The notes under the pieces are model-generated. The model was not told the DNA's origin and did not search any database. It saw only the letters and a program-made list of their open reading frames with translations. Positions 14,178-30,800 of a stretch of 64,000 bases of DNA are shown piece after piece (position 1 is the first letter of the stretch; the number at the start of each line of letters is the position of its first letter). The position numbers and the translations under genes were made by a program. The stretch comes from the human T2T-CHM13v2.0 reference genome, Homo sapiens. The stretch lies in the NCBI RefSeq assembly GCF_009914755.1, contig NC_060937.1; one strand, given 5' to 3'.

Positions 14178-17100
14178 TTGTGTACTGTACATAATATATT
14201 AAATCGCCCAAATATATATTGTATACTGTATATAAAATATGAAGGTACTTCAAATATATATTATATGCTGCACATAAAATATCAAAGTACCCAAGGTATG
14301 CATTACATACTGTACATAAAATATCAAAGTACACAAATTATATATTATATACTGTACATAAAATATGTAGGTTCATCAAATATATTTTATATTCTGTACA
14401 TAATATATCAAAGTACATCAAATATATATTATATACGGTACATAAAATATCAAATTACCCAAAATATATATTATTTACTGTACATAAAATATGAAAGTAA
14501 CCAAACATTTATAATAAACTGTACATAAATTATCAAAGTACTCAATCTACATATTATATACAGTATATAAAATATCAAAGTACACAAACTGTATATTATA
14601 TACTGTACATAATATGTCAAAGTACCCAGAATATATAGCATACTGTACATACAATATCAAAGTACCCAAAATATATATTGTATACTGTACATAAAATATG
14701 AAGGTACATCAAAGATATATTATATTCTGTACATAAAATATCAAAGTACACCAAATATATATTATATGCTGTACATAATATATTAAAGTTGCCCATGTAT
14801 ACATTTTATACTGTACATAAAATATGAAGGTACATCAAATATATAGTATATGCTGCACATAAAATATCAAAGTACCCAAAGTATGTATTATATACTGTAC
14901 ATAAAATATCAAAGTACCAAAAGTATATATTACCTACTGTAAATAAAATGTGAAGATACCTCAAATATATATTATATTCTGTACATGAAATATCAAAGTA
15001 CACCAAGTATATACTATATACTCTACATAAAATATTAAATTACCCAAAATATGTATTGTATTGTGTACATAAAATATGAAAATAACCAAACATTTATAAT
15101 AAACTGTACATAAAATATCAAAGTACTCAAACTTTATATTATATACTGTACATAAAGTATCAAAGTACCCAAACTGTGTAGTATATACTGTACATAAAAT
15201 ATCAAGGTACCCAAAATGTATATTGTAAACTGTAGATAAAATATCAAAGTACCCAAAATATATATTATATACTGTACATAAAATATGAAGGCACATCCAA
15301 TATATATTATATTCTGTACATAAAATATCAAAGTACACCAAATGTATATTATATACTGTACATAAAATATAAAACTACCCCAAATATATATTATATACTC
15401 TACATAAAATATCAAAGTACCCAAAATATATATTATATACTGTACATAATATATCAAAGTACCCATAGTATGTATTATATCCTGTACATAAAATATGAAA
15501 GTACGTCAAATATATATTCTATTCTGCACATAAAATATCATATTGCACCAAATATATATTGTATACTGTATATAAAATATGAAGGTACTTCAAATATATA
15601 TTATATGCTGCACATAAAATATCAAAGTACCCAAAGTATGCATTATATACTGTACATAAAATATCAAAGTACCCAAAGTGTATATTATATACTGTACATA
15701 AAATATGAAGGTTCATCAAATATATTTTATATTCTGCACATAATATATCAAAGTACAGCAAATATATATTATATACTGTACATAAAATAACAAAGTAACA
15801 AAAATATGTATTATATACTGTACATAAAATATGAAAGTAACCAAATATTTATAATAAACTGTATATAAAATATCAAAGTACTCAAACTACATATTATATA
15901 CAGTATATAAAATATCAAAGTACCCAAACTATATATTATATACTGTACATACTATATCAAAGTACCCGAATATAGAGCATACTGTACATAAAATATCAAA
16001 TTACCGAAAATATATATTGTATACTGTACATAAAATATGAAGGTACATCAAAGATATATTATATTCTGTACATAAAATATCAAAGTACACCAAATATATA
16101 TTATATGCTGTACAGAATATATTAAAGTCGACCAAATGTATATTATATAGTGTACATAAAATATGAAGGTACATCAAATATATATTATATGCTGCACATA
16201 AAATATCAAAGTACCCAAAGTATGTATTATATACTGTACATAAAATATCAAAGTACCCAAAGTATATATTATATACTGTACATAAAATATAAAATACCCC
16301 AAATATATATTATATGCTGTACATAAAATATCAAAGTACACAAAATATGCATTATGTACTGTACATAAATTATCAAAGGACCCAAAATATATATTATATA
16401 GTGTACATAAAATATCAAAATACCCAAAATATATATTATATACTGTACATAAAATACCAAAGTACCCAAAGTATATATTATATACTGTATAAAAAATATC
16501 AAAGTAGCCAAAATATGTATTATACACTGTACATAATATATGAAAGTACCCAAACATTTATAATAAACTGTACATAAAATATCAATGTACTCAAATTATA
16601 TATTATGTGCGGTACTTAAGATATCAAAGTACCCATACTATATAGTATGTACTGTACTTAAAATATCAAAATACCCAAAATATATATTATATACGTTACA
16701 TAAACTATCAAATACACAAAGTATGTATTACATACTGTACATAAAATAGCAAAGTTCCCAAAATATGTATTATATACTGTACATAAAATATGAAAGTAAC
16801 CAACCATTTATAATAAACTCTACATAAAATACCAAAGTACCCAAACTGTGTATTATATACTCTCCATAAAATATCAAAGTACCCAAAATATATATTGTCA
16901 ACTGTACATAAAATATCAAAGTAGCCAAAATATATATAGTATACCGTACATAAAATATAAAAGTACCCCAAATATGTATTATATACTGTACATAAAATAT
17001 CAAAGTACCGATAATACATATTATATAGTGTACATAAAATATCAGAGGACCCAAAATAAACATTATATACTGTACATAAAATATCCAAATACTCAAAATA

Positions 17101-17484
17101 TATATTACATACTGTACATAAAATATCAAAGTACCCAAATTATGTATTATATACTGTACATAAAATATCAGAGTACCCAAAATATGCATTATATACTGTA
17201 CATAAAATATGAAAGTAACAAAACATTTATAATAAACTGTACATAAAATATCAAAGTACTCAAACTATATATCATATACTGTACATAAAATATCAAAGTA
17301 CCCAAACTGTGTATTATTATATACTGTATATAAAATATCAAAGTACCTGAAATATATACTGTATACTGTACATAAAATATCAAAGTACCCAAAATATATA
17401 CTATATACTGTACATAAAATATGAAGGTACATCAAATATATATTATATCCTGTACATAAAATATCAAAGTACACCTATTATATA
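14178..17484 (+). repeat. Full-length type-A HOR unit, 3307 bp, about 79 monomers
   Basis: Anchor spacing 14178 to 17485. A markers are ATATGTAGGTTC, CATACAATATC, TTACCTACTGTAAAT and CAAACTTTATATT, plus the 294-bp block at 15371-15664 (AAAACTACCCC...CATATTGCACC). Confidence 0.85.
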
Positions 17485-20400
17485 TTGTGTACTGTACATA
17501 ATATATTAAATCGCCCAAATATATATTGTATACTGTATATAAAATATGAAGGTACTTCAAATATATATTATATGCTGCACATAAAATATCAAAGTACCCA
17601 AAGTATGCATTACATACTGTACATAAAATATCAAAGTACACATATTATCTATTATATAATGTACATAAAATATGAAGGTTCATCAAATATATATTATATT
17701 CTGTACATAATATATCAAAGTACATCAAATATATATTATATACTGTACATAAAATATCAAAGTACCAAAAATATGTATTATATACTGTACATAAAACATG
17801 AAAGTAACCAAACATTTATAATAAACTGTACTTAAAATATCAAAGTACTCAATCTACATATTATATACAGTATATAAAATATCAAAGTACACAAACTGTA
17901 TATTATATACTGTACATAATATATCAAAGTACCCAGAATATATAGCATACTGTACTTAAAATATCAAAGTACCCAAAATATATATTGTATACTGTACATA
18001 AAATATGAAGGTACATCAAAGATATATTATATTCTGTACATAAAATATCAAAGTACACCAAATATATATTATATGCTGTACATAATATATTAAAGTTGCC
18101 CATATATACATTATATACTGTACATAAAATATGAACGTACATCAAATATATAGTATATGCTGCACATAAAATATCAAAGTACCCAAAGTATGTATTATAC
18201 ACTGTACATAAAATATCAAAGTACCAAAAGTATATATTACATACTGTAAATAAAATATGAAGGTACCTCAAATATATATTATATTCTGTACATAAAATAT
18301 CAAAGTACACCAAGTATATACTATATACTCTGCATAAAATATTAAATTACCCAAAATATGTATTGCATTGTGTACATAAAATATGAAAGTAACCAAACAT
18401 TTATAATAAACTGTACTAAAATATCAAAGTACTCAAACTGTATATTATATACTGTACATAAAGTATCAAAGTACCCAAACTGTGTAGTATATACTGTACA
18501 TAAAATATCAAGGTACCCAAAATATATATTGTAAACTGTAGATAAAATATCAAAGTACCCAAAATATATATTATATACTGTACATAAAATATGAAGGCAC
18601 ATCCAATATATATTATATTCTGTACATAAAATATCAAAGTACACCAAATGTATATTATATACTGTACATAAAATATCAAAGTACCCAAAGTGTATATTAT
18701 ATACTGTACATAAAATATGAAGATTCATCAAATATATTTTATATTCTGCACATAATATATCAAAGTACAGCAAATATATATTATATACTGTACATAAAAT
18801 ATCAAAGTACCCAAAATATGTATTATATACTGTACATAAAATATGAAAGTAACCAAACATTTATAATAAACTGTACATAAAGTATCAAAGTACTCAAACT
18901 ACATATTATATACAGTATATAAAATGTCAAAGTACCCAAACTGTATATTATATACTGTACATAATATATCAAAGTACCTGAATATATAGCATACTGTACA
19001 TAAAATATCAAAGTACCCAAAGTGTGTATTATACACTGCACATAAAATATGAAGGTACATAAAATATATATTGTATTCTGTACATAAAATATCAAAGTAC
19101 TCCAAATATATATTATATGCTGTACATAATATATTAAAGTCGCCCAAATATATATTATATACTGTACATAAAATATGAAGGTACATCAAATATATATTAT
19201 ATGCTGCACATAAAATATCAAAGTACCCAAAGTATGTGTTATATACTGTACATAAAATATCAAAGTACCCAAAGTATATATTATATAGTGTACATAAAAT
19301 ATAAAATACCCCAAATATATATTATATGCTGTACATAAAATATCAAAGTACACAAAATATGTATTATATACTGTACATAAAATACCAAAGGACCCAAAAT
19401 ATATATTATATACTGTACATAAAATATCAAAATACCCAAAATATATATTATATACTGTACATAAAATACCAAAGTACCCAAAGTATATATTATATACCGT
19501 ACAAAAAATATCAAAGTAGCCAAAATATGTATTATACACTGTACATAATATATGAAAGTACCCAAACATTTATAATAAACTGTACATAAAATATCAATGT
19601 ACTCAAACTATATATTATGTGCGGTACATAAGATATCAAATTACCCATAGTATATAGTATATACTGTACTTAAAATATCAAAATACCCAAAATATATATT
19701 ATATACGTTACATAAACTATCAAATACACAAAGTATGTATTATATACTGTACATAAAATAGCAAAGTTCCCAAAATATGTATTATATATATTATAAATAT
19801 GTACATAAAATATGAAAGTACCCAACCATTTATAATAAATTCTACATAAAACACCAAAGTACCCAAACTGTGTATTATATACTGTCCATAAAATATCAAA
19901 GGACCCAAAATATATATTGTAAACTCTACATAAAATATCAAAGTAGCCAAAATACATATTGTATACTGTACATAAATTATAAAAGTACCCCAAATATATA
20001 TTATATACTGTACATAAAATATCAAAGTACCCATAATACATATTATATACTGTACATAAAATATCAAAGGACCCAAAATAAACATTATATACTGTACATA
20101 AAATATCCAAATACTCAAAATATATATTACATACTGTACATAAAATATCAAAGTACCCAAATTATGTATTATATACTGTACGTAAAATATCAGAGAACCC
20201 AAAATATGCATTATATACTGTACATAAAATATGAAAGTAACAAAACATTTATAATAAACTGTACATAAAATATCAAAGTACTCAAACTATATATCATATA
20301 CTGTACATAAAATATCAAAGTACCCAAACTGTGTATTATTATATACTGTATATAAAATATCAAAGTACCTGAAATATATATTGTATACTGTACATAAAAT

Positions 20401-20506
20401 ATCAAAGTACACAAAATATATACTATATACTGTACATAAAATATGAAGGTACATCAAATATATATTATATCCTGTACATAAAATATCAAAGTACACCTAT
20501 TATATA
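17485..20506 (+). repeat. Type-B HOR unit, 3022 bp
   Basis: Anchor spacing 17485 to 20507 equals 3013 plus a 10-bp insertion (~19790) minus a 1-bp deletion (CTGTACTAAA, ~18417). Confidence 0.85.
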
Positions 20507-23500
20507 TTGTTTACTGTACATAATATATTAAATCGCCCAAATATATATTGTATACTGTATATAAAATATGAAGGTACTTCAAATATATATTATATGCTGC
20601 ACATAAAATATCAAAGTACCCAAGGTATGCATTACATACTGTACATAAAATATCAAAGTACACAAATTATATATTATATACTGTACTTAAAATATGTAGG
20701 TTCATCAAATATATTTTATATTCTGTACATAATATATCAAAGTACATCAAATATATATTATATACGGTACATAAAATATCAAATTACCCAAAATATGCAT
20801 TATTTACTGTACATAAAATATGAAAGTAACCAAACATTTATAATAAACTGTACATAAATTATCAAAGTACTCAATCTACATATTATATACAGTATATAAA
20901 ATATCAAAGTACACAAACTGTATATTATATACTGTACATAATATGAAAAAGTACCCAGAATATATAGCATACTGTACATACAATATCAAAGTACCCAGAA
21001 TGTATATTGTATACTGTACATAAAATATGAAGGTACATCAAAGATATATTATATTCTGTACATAAAATATCAAAGTACACCAAATATATATTATATGCTG
21101 TACATAATATATGAAAGTTGCCCATGTATACATTTTATACTGTACATAAAATATGAAGGTACATCAAATATATAGTATATGCTGCACATAAAATATCAAA
21201 GTACCCAAAGTATGTATTATATACTGTACATAAAATATCAAAGTACCAAAAGTATATATTACCTACTGTAAATAAAATATGAAGATACCTCAAATATATA
21301 TTATATTCTGTACATGAAATATCAAAGTACACCAAGTATATACTATATACTCTACATAAAATATTAAATTACCCAAAATATGTATTGTATTGTGTACATA
21401 AAATATGAAAGTAACCAAACATTTATAATAAAGTGTACATAAAATATCAAAGTACTCAAACTGTATATTATATACTGTACATAAAGTATCAAAGTACCCA
21501 AACTGTGTAGTATATACTGTACATAAAATATCAAGGTACCCGAAATGTATATTGTAAACTGTAGATAAAATATCAAAGTACCCAAAATATATATTATATA
21601 CTGTACATAAAATATGAAGGCACATCCAATATATATTATATTCTGTACATAAAATATCAAAGTACACCAAATGTATATTATATACTGTACATAAAATATA
21701 AAACTACCCCAAATATATCTTATATACTCTACATAAAATATCAAAGTACCCAAAATATATATTATATACTGTACATAATATATCAAAGTACCCATAGTAT
21801 GTATTATATCCTGTACATAAAATATGAAAGTACGTCAAATATATATTCTATTCTGCACATAAAATATCATATTGCACCAAATATATATTGTATACTGTAT
21901 ATAAAATATGAAGGTACTTCAAATATATATTATATGCTGCACATAAAATATCAAAGTACCCAAAGTATGCATTATATACTGTACATAAAATATCAAAGTA
22001 CCCAAAATGTATATTATATACTGTACATAAAATATGAAGGTTCATCAAATATATTTTATATTCTGCACATAATATATGAAAGTACAGCAAATATATATTA
22101 TATACTGTACATAAAATAACAAAGTACCAAAAATATGTATTATATACTGTACATAAAATATGAAAGTAACCAAATATTTATAATAAACTGTATATAAAAT
22201 ATCAAAGTACTCAAACAACATATTATATACAGTATATAAAATATCAAAGTACCCAAACTGTATATTATATACTGTACATACTATATCAAAGTACCCGAAT
22301 ATATAGCATACTGTACATAAAATATCAAAGTACCCAAAATATATATTGTATACTGTACATAAAATGTGAAGGTACATTAAAGATATATTATATTCTGTAC
22401 ATAAAATATCAAATTACACCAAATATATATTATATGCTGTACATAATATATTAAAGTCAACCAAATATATATTATATACTGTACATAAAATATGAAGATA
22501 CATCAAATATATATTATATGCTGCACATAAAATATCAAAGTATCCAAAGTATGTATTATACACTGTACATAAAATATCAAAATACCAAAAGTATATATTA
22601 CATACTGTAAATAAAATATGAAGGTACCACATATATATATTATATTCTGTACATAAAATATCAAAGTACACCAAGTATATACTATATACTCTGCATAAAA
22701 TATTAAATTACCCAAAATATGTATTGTATTGTGTACATAAAATATGAAAGTAACCAAACATTTATAATAAACTGTACATAAAATATCAAAGTACTCAAAC
22801 TGTATATTATATACTGTACATAAAGTATCAAAGTACCCAAACTGTGTAGTATATACTGTACAAAAAATATCAAGGTACCCAAAATATATATTGTAAACTG
22901 TAGATAAAATATCAAAATACCCAAAATATATATTATATACTGTACATAAAATATGAAGGCACATCCAATATATATTATATTCTGTACATAAAATATCAAA
23001 GTACACCAAATGTATATTATATACTGTACATAAAATATCAAAGTACCCAAAGTGTATATTATATACTGTACATAAAATATGAAGGTTCATCAAACATATT
23101 TTATATTCTCCACATAATATATCAAAGTACAGCAAATATATATTATATACTGTACATAAAATATCAAAGTACCCAGAATATGTATTATATACTGTACATA
23201 AAATATGAAAGTAAGCAAACATTTGTAATAAAATGTACATAAAGTAACAAAGTACTCAAACTACATATTATATACAGTATATAAAATGTCAAAGTACCCA
23301 AACTGTATATTATATACTGTACATAATATATCAAAGTACCCGAATATATAGCATACTGTACATAAAATATCAAAGTACCCAAAGTGTGTATTATACACTG
23401 CACATAAAATATGAAGGTACATAAAATATATATTGTATTCTGTACATAAAATATCAAAGTACTCCAAATATATATTATATGCTGTACATAATATATTAAA

Positions 23501-24858
23501 GTCGCCCAAATATATATTATATACTGTACATAAAATATGAAGGTACATCAAATATATATTATATGCTGCACATAAAATATCAAAGTACCCAAAGTATGTG
23601 TTATATACTGTACATAAAATATCAAAGTACCCAAAGTATATATTATATACTGTACATAAAATATAAAATACCCCAAATATATATTATATGCTCTACATAA
23701 AATATCAAAGTACACAAAATATGTATTATATACTGTACATAAAATACCAAAGGACCCAAAATATATATTATATACTGTACATAAAATATCAAAATACCCA
23801 AAATATATATTATATACTGTACATAAAATACCAAAGTACCCAAAGTATATATTATATACCGTACAAAAAATATCAAAGTAGCCAAAATATGTATTATACA
23901 CTGTATATAATATATGAAAGTACCCAAACATTTATAATAAACTGTACATAAAATATCAATGTACTCAAACTATATATTATGTGCGCTACATAAGATATCA
24001 AAGTACCCATACTATATAGTATATACTGTACTTAAAATATCAAAATACCCAAAATATATATTATATACGTTACATAAACTATCAAATACACAAAGTATGT
24101 ATTATATACTGTACATAAAGTAGCAAAGTTCCCAAAATATGTATTACATACTGTACATAAAATATGAAAGTACCCAACCATTTATAATAAACTCTACATA
24201 AAATACCAAAGTACCCAAACTGTGTATTATATACTGTCCATAAAATATAAAAGTACCCAAAATATATATTGTAAACTCTACATAAAATATCAAAGTAGCC
24301 AAAATACATATTGTATACTGTACATAAAATATAAAAGTACCCCAAATATATATTATATACTGTACATAAAATATCAAAGTACCCATAATACATATTATAT
24401 ACTGTACATAAAATATCAAAGGACCCAAAATAAACATTATATACTGTACATAAAATATCCAAATACTCAAAATATATATTACATACTGTACATAAAATAT
24501 CAAAGTACCCAAATTATGTATTATATACTGTACGTAAAATATGAGAGTACCCAAAATATGCGTTATATACTGTACATAAAATATGAAAGTAACAAAACAT
24601 TTATAATAAACTGTACATAAAATATCAAAGTACTCAAACTATATATCATATACTGTACATAAAATATCAAAGTACCCAAACTGTGTATTACTACATACTG
24701 TATATAAAATATCAAAGTACCTGAAATATATATTTTATACTGTACATAAAATATCAAAGTACCCAAAATATATACTATATACTGTACATAAAATATGAAG
24801 GTACATCAAATATATATTATATCCTGTACATAAAATATCAAAGTACTCCTATTATATA
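20507..24858 (+). repeat. Expanded A/B chimeric HOR unit, 4352 bp
   Basis: A-type up to ~22500, then it re-enters the B-type middle section, adding about 1045 bp. Private variants include CAAACAACATATT, GTCAACC, GTATCCAAAG and GTACCACATA. Confidence 0.75.
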
Positions 24859-27800
24859 TTGTGTACTGTACATAATATATTAAATCGCCCAAATATATAT
24901 TGTATACTGTATATAAAATATGAAGGTACTTCAAATATATATTATATGCTGCACATAAAATATCAAAGTACCCAAAGTATGCATTACATACTGTACATAA
25001 AATATCAAAGTACACAAATTATATATTATATTCTGTACATAAAATATGTAGGTTCATCAAATATATTTTATATTCTGTACATAATATATCAAAGTACATC
25101 AAATATATATTATATACGGTACATAAAATATCAAAGTACCCAAAATATGTACAATTTACTGTACCTAAAATATGAAAGTAACCAAACTTTTATAATAAAC
25201 TGTACATAAAATATCAAAGTACTCAATCTACATATTATATACAGTATATAAAATATCAAAGTACACAAACTGTATATTATATACTGTACATAATATATCA
25301 AAGTACCCAGAATATATAGCATACTGTACATACAATATCAAAGTACCCAGAATGTATATTGTATACTGTACATAAAATATGAAGGTACATCAAAGATATA
25401 TTATATTCTGTACATAAAATATCAAAGTACACCAAATATATATTATATGCTGTACATAATATATTAAATTTGCCCATGTATACATTTTATACTGTACATA
25501 AAATATGAAGGTACATCAAATATATAGTATATGCTGCACATAAAATATCAAAGTACCCAAAGTATGTATTATATACTGTACATAAAATATCAAAGTACCA
25601 AAAGTATATATTACCTACTGTAAATAAAATATGAAGATACCTCAAATATATATTATATTCTGTACATGAAATATCAAAGTACACCAAGTATATACTATAT
25701 ACTCTACATAAAATATTAAATTACCCAAAATATGTATTGTATTGTGTACATAAAATATGAAAGTAACCAAACATTTATAATAAACTGTACATAAAATATC
25801 AAAGTACTCAAACTTTATATTATATACTGTACATAAAGTATCAAAGTACCCAAACTGTGTAGTATATACTGTACATAAAATATCAAGGTACCCAAAATGT
25901 ATATTGTAAACTGTAGATAAAATATCAAAGTACCCAAAATATATATTATATACTGTACATAAAATATGAAGGCACATCCAATATATATTATATTCTGTAC
26001 ATAAAATATCAAAGTACACCAAATGTATATTATATACTGTACATAAAATAAAAAACTACCCCAAATATATATTATATACTCTACATAAAATATCAAAGTA
26101 CACAAAATATATATTATATACTGTACATAATATATCAAAGTACCCATAGTATGTATTATATCCTGTACATAAAATATGAAAGTACGTCAAATATATATTC
26201 TATTCTGCACATAAAATATCATATTGCACCAAATATATATTGTATACTGTATATAAAATATGAAGGTACTTCAAATATATATTATATGCTGCACATAAAA
26301 TATCAAAGTACCCAAAGTATGCATTATATACTGTACATAAAATATCAAAGTACCCAAAGTGTATATTATATACTGTACATAAAATATGAAGGTTCATCAA
26401 ATATATTTTATATTCTGCACATAATATATCAAAGTACAGCAAATATATATTATATACTGTACATAAAATAACAAAGTACCAAAAATATGTATTATATACT
26501 GTACATAAAATATGAAAGTAACCAAATATTTATAATTAACTGTATATAAAATATCAAAGTACTCAAACTACATATTATATACAGTATATAAAATATCAAA
26601 GTACCCAAACTGTATATTATATACTGTACATACTATATCAAAGTACCCGAATATATAGCATACTGTACATAAAATATCAAAGTACCCAAAATATATATTG
26701 TATACTGTACATAAAATATGAAGGTACATCAAAGATATATTATATTCTGTACATAAAATATCAAAGTACACCAAATATATATTATATGCTGTACAGAATA
26801 TATTAAAGTCGACCAAATATATATTATATACTGTACATAAAATATGAAGATACATCAAATATATATTATATGCTGCACATAAAATATCAAAGTACCCTAA
26901 GTATGTATTATATACTGTACATAAAATATCAAAGTACCCAAAGTATATATTATATACTGTACATAAAATATAAAATACCCCAAATATATATTATATGCTG
27001 TACATAAAATATCAAAGTACACAAAATATGTATTATGTACTGTACATAAAATATCAAAGGATCCAATATATATATTATATAGTGTACATAAAATATCAAA
27101 ATACCCAAAATATATATTATATACTGTACATAAAATACCAAAGTACCCAAAGTATATATTATATACCGTACAAAAAATATCAAAGTAGCCAAAATATGTA
27201 TTATACACTGTACATAATATATGAAAGTACCCAAACATTTATAATAAACTGTACATAAAATATCAATGTACTCAAACTATATATTATGTGCGGTACATAA
27301 GATATCAAAGTACCCATACTATATAGTATATACTGTACTTAAAATATCAAAATACCCAAAATATATATTATATACGTTACATAAACTATCAAATACACAA
27401 AGTATGTATTATATACTGTACATAAAATAGCAAAGTTCCCAAAATATGTATTATATACTGTACATAAAATATGAAAGTACCCAACCATTTATAATAAAGT
27501 CTACATAAAATACCAAAGTACCCAAACTGTGTATTATATACTGTCCATAAAATATCAAAGGACCCAAAATATATATTGTAAACTCTACATAAAATATCAA
27601 AGTAGCCAAAATACATATTGTATACTGTACATAAAATATAAAAGTACCCCAAATATGTATTATATACTGTACATAAAATATCAAAGTACCCATAATACAT
27701 ATTATATACTGTACATAAAATATCAAAGGACCCAAAATAAACATTATATACTGTACATAAAATATCCAAATACTCAAAATATATATTACGTACTGTACAT

Positions 27801-30800
27801 AAAATATCAAAGTACCCAAATTATGTATTATATACTGTACGTAAAATATCAGAGTACCCAAAATATGCATTATATACTGTACATAAAATATGAAAGTAAC
27901 AATACATTTATAATAAACTGTACATAAAATATCAAAGTACTCAAACTATATATCATATACTGTACATAAAATATCAAAGTACCCAAACTGTGTATTATTA
28001 TATACTGTATATAAAATATCAAAGTACCTGAAATATATATTGTATACTGTACATAAAATATCAAAGTACCCAAAATATATACTATATACTGTACATAAAA
28101 TATGAAGGTACATCAAATATATATTATATCCCGTACATAAAATATCAAAGTACACCTATTATATATTGTGTACTGTACATAATATATTAAATCGCCCAAA
28201 TATATATTGTATACTGTATATAAAATATGAAGGTACTTCAAATATATATTATATGCTGCACATAAAATATCAAAGTACCCAAAGTATGCATTACATACTG
28301 TACATAAAATATCAAAGTACACATATTATCTATTATATAATGTACATAAAATATGAAGGTTCATCAAATATATATTATATTCTGTACATAATATATCAAA
28401 GTACATCAAATATATATTATATACTGTACATAAAATATCAAAGTACCAAAAATATGTATTATATACTGTACATAAAACATGAAAGTAACCAAACATTTAT
28501 AATAAACTGTACATAAAATATCAAAGTACTCAATCTACATATTATATACAGTATATAAAATATCAAAGTACACAAACTGTATATTATATACTGTACATAA
28601 TATATCAAAGTACCCAGAATATATAGCATACTGTACATAAAATATCAAAGTACCCAAAATATATATTGTATACTGTACATAAAATATGAAGGTACATCAA
28701 AGATATATTATATTCTGTACATAAAATATCAAACTACACCAAATATATACTATATGCTGTACATAATATATTAAAGTTGCCCATATATACATTATATACT
28801 GTACATAAAATATGAACGTACATCAAATATATAGTATATGCTGCACATAAAATATCAAAGTACCCAAAGTATGTATTATACACTGTACATAAAATATCAA
28901 AGTACCAAAAGTATATATTACATACTGTAAATAAAATATGAAGGTACCTCAAATATATATTATATTTTATACATAAAATATCAAAGTACACCAAGTATAT
29001 ACTATATATTCTGCATAAAATATTAAATTACCCGAAATATGTATTGTATTGTGTACATAAAATATGAAAGTAACGAAACATTTATAATAAACTGTACATA
29101 AAATATCAAAGTACTCAAACTGTATATTATATACTGTACATAAAGTATCAAAGTACCCAAACTGTGTAGTATATACTGTACATAAAATATCAAGGTACCC
29201 AAAATATATATTGTAAACTGTAGATAAAATATCAAAGTACCCAAAATATATATTATATACTGTACATGAAATATGAAGGCACATCCAATATATATTATAC
29301 TCTGTACATAAAATATCAAAGTACACCAAATGTATATTATATACTGTACATAAAATATCAAAGTACCCAAAGTGTATATTATATACTGTACATAAACTAT
29401 GAAGGTTCATCAAATATATTTTATATTCTGCACATAATATATCAAAGTACAGCAAATATATATTATATACTGTACATAAAATATCAAAGTACCCAAAATA
29501 TGTATTATATACTGTACATAAAATATGAAAGTAAGCAAACATTTATAATAAACTGTACATAAAGTATCAAAGTACTCAAACTACATATTATATACAGTAT
29601 ATAAAATATCAAAGTACCCAAACTGTATATTATATACTGTACATAATATATCAAAGTACCCGAATATATAGCATACTCTACATAAAATATCAAAGTACCC
29701 AAATTTTGTATTATACACTGCACATAAAATATGAAGGTACATCAAAGATATATTATATTCTGTACATAAAATATCAAAGTACACCAAATATATATTATAT
29801 GCTGTACATAATATATTAAAGTCGACCAAATATATATTATATACTGTACATAAAATATGAAGGTACATCAAATATATATTATATGCTGCACATAAAATAT
29901 CAAAGTACCCAAAGTATGTGTTATATACTGTACATAAAATATCAAAGTACCCAAAGTATATATTATATACTGTACATAAAATATAAAATACCCCAAATAT
30001 ATATTATATGCTGTACATAAAATATCAAAGTACACAAAATATGTATTATATACTGTACATAAAATACCAAAGGGCCCAAAATATATATTATATACTGTAC
30101 ATAAAATATCAAAATACCCAAAATATATATTATATACTGTACATAAAATACCAAAGTACCCAAAGTATATATTATATACCGTACAAAAAATATCAAAGTA
30201 GCCAAAATATGTATTATACACTGTACATAATATATGAAAGTACCCAAACATTTATAATAAACTGTACATAAAATATCAATGTACTCAAACTATATATTAT
30301 GTGCGCTACATAAGATATCAAAGTACCCATACTATATAGTATATACTGTACTTAAAATATCAAAATACCCAAAATATATATTATATACGTTACATAAACT
30401 ATCAAATACACAAAGTATGTATTATATACTGTACATAAAATAGCAAAGTTCCCAAAATATGTATTATATACTGTACATAAAATATGAAAGTACCCAACCA
30501 TTTATAATAAAGTCTACATAAAATACCAAAGTACCCAAACTGTGTATTATATACTGTCCATAAAATATCAAAGGACCCAAAATATATATTGTAAACTCTA
30601 CATAAAATATCAAAGTAGCCAAAATACATATTGTATACTGTACATAAAATATAAAAGTACCCCAAATATATATTATATACTGTACATAAAATATCAAAGT
30701 ACCAATAATACATATTATACACTGTACATAAAATATCAAAGGACCCAAAATAAACATTATATACTGTACATAAAATCTCCAAATACTCAAAATATATATT

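Noticed and set aside
22503-23240. Longest ORF (245 aa, minus strand)
   Set aside because: It is a chance concatenation of satellite frames through 1-bp-short monomers, and the paralogous copies are interrupted.
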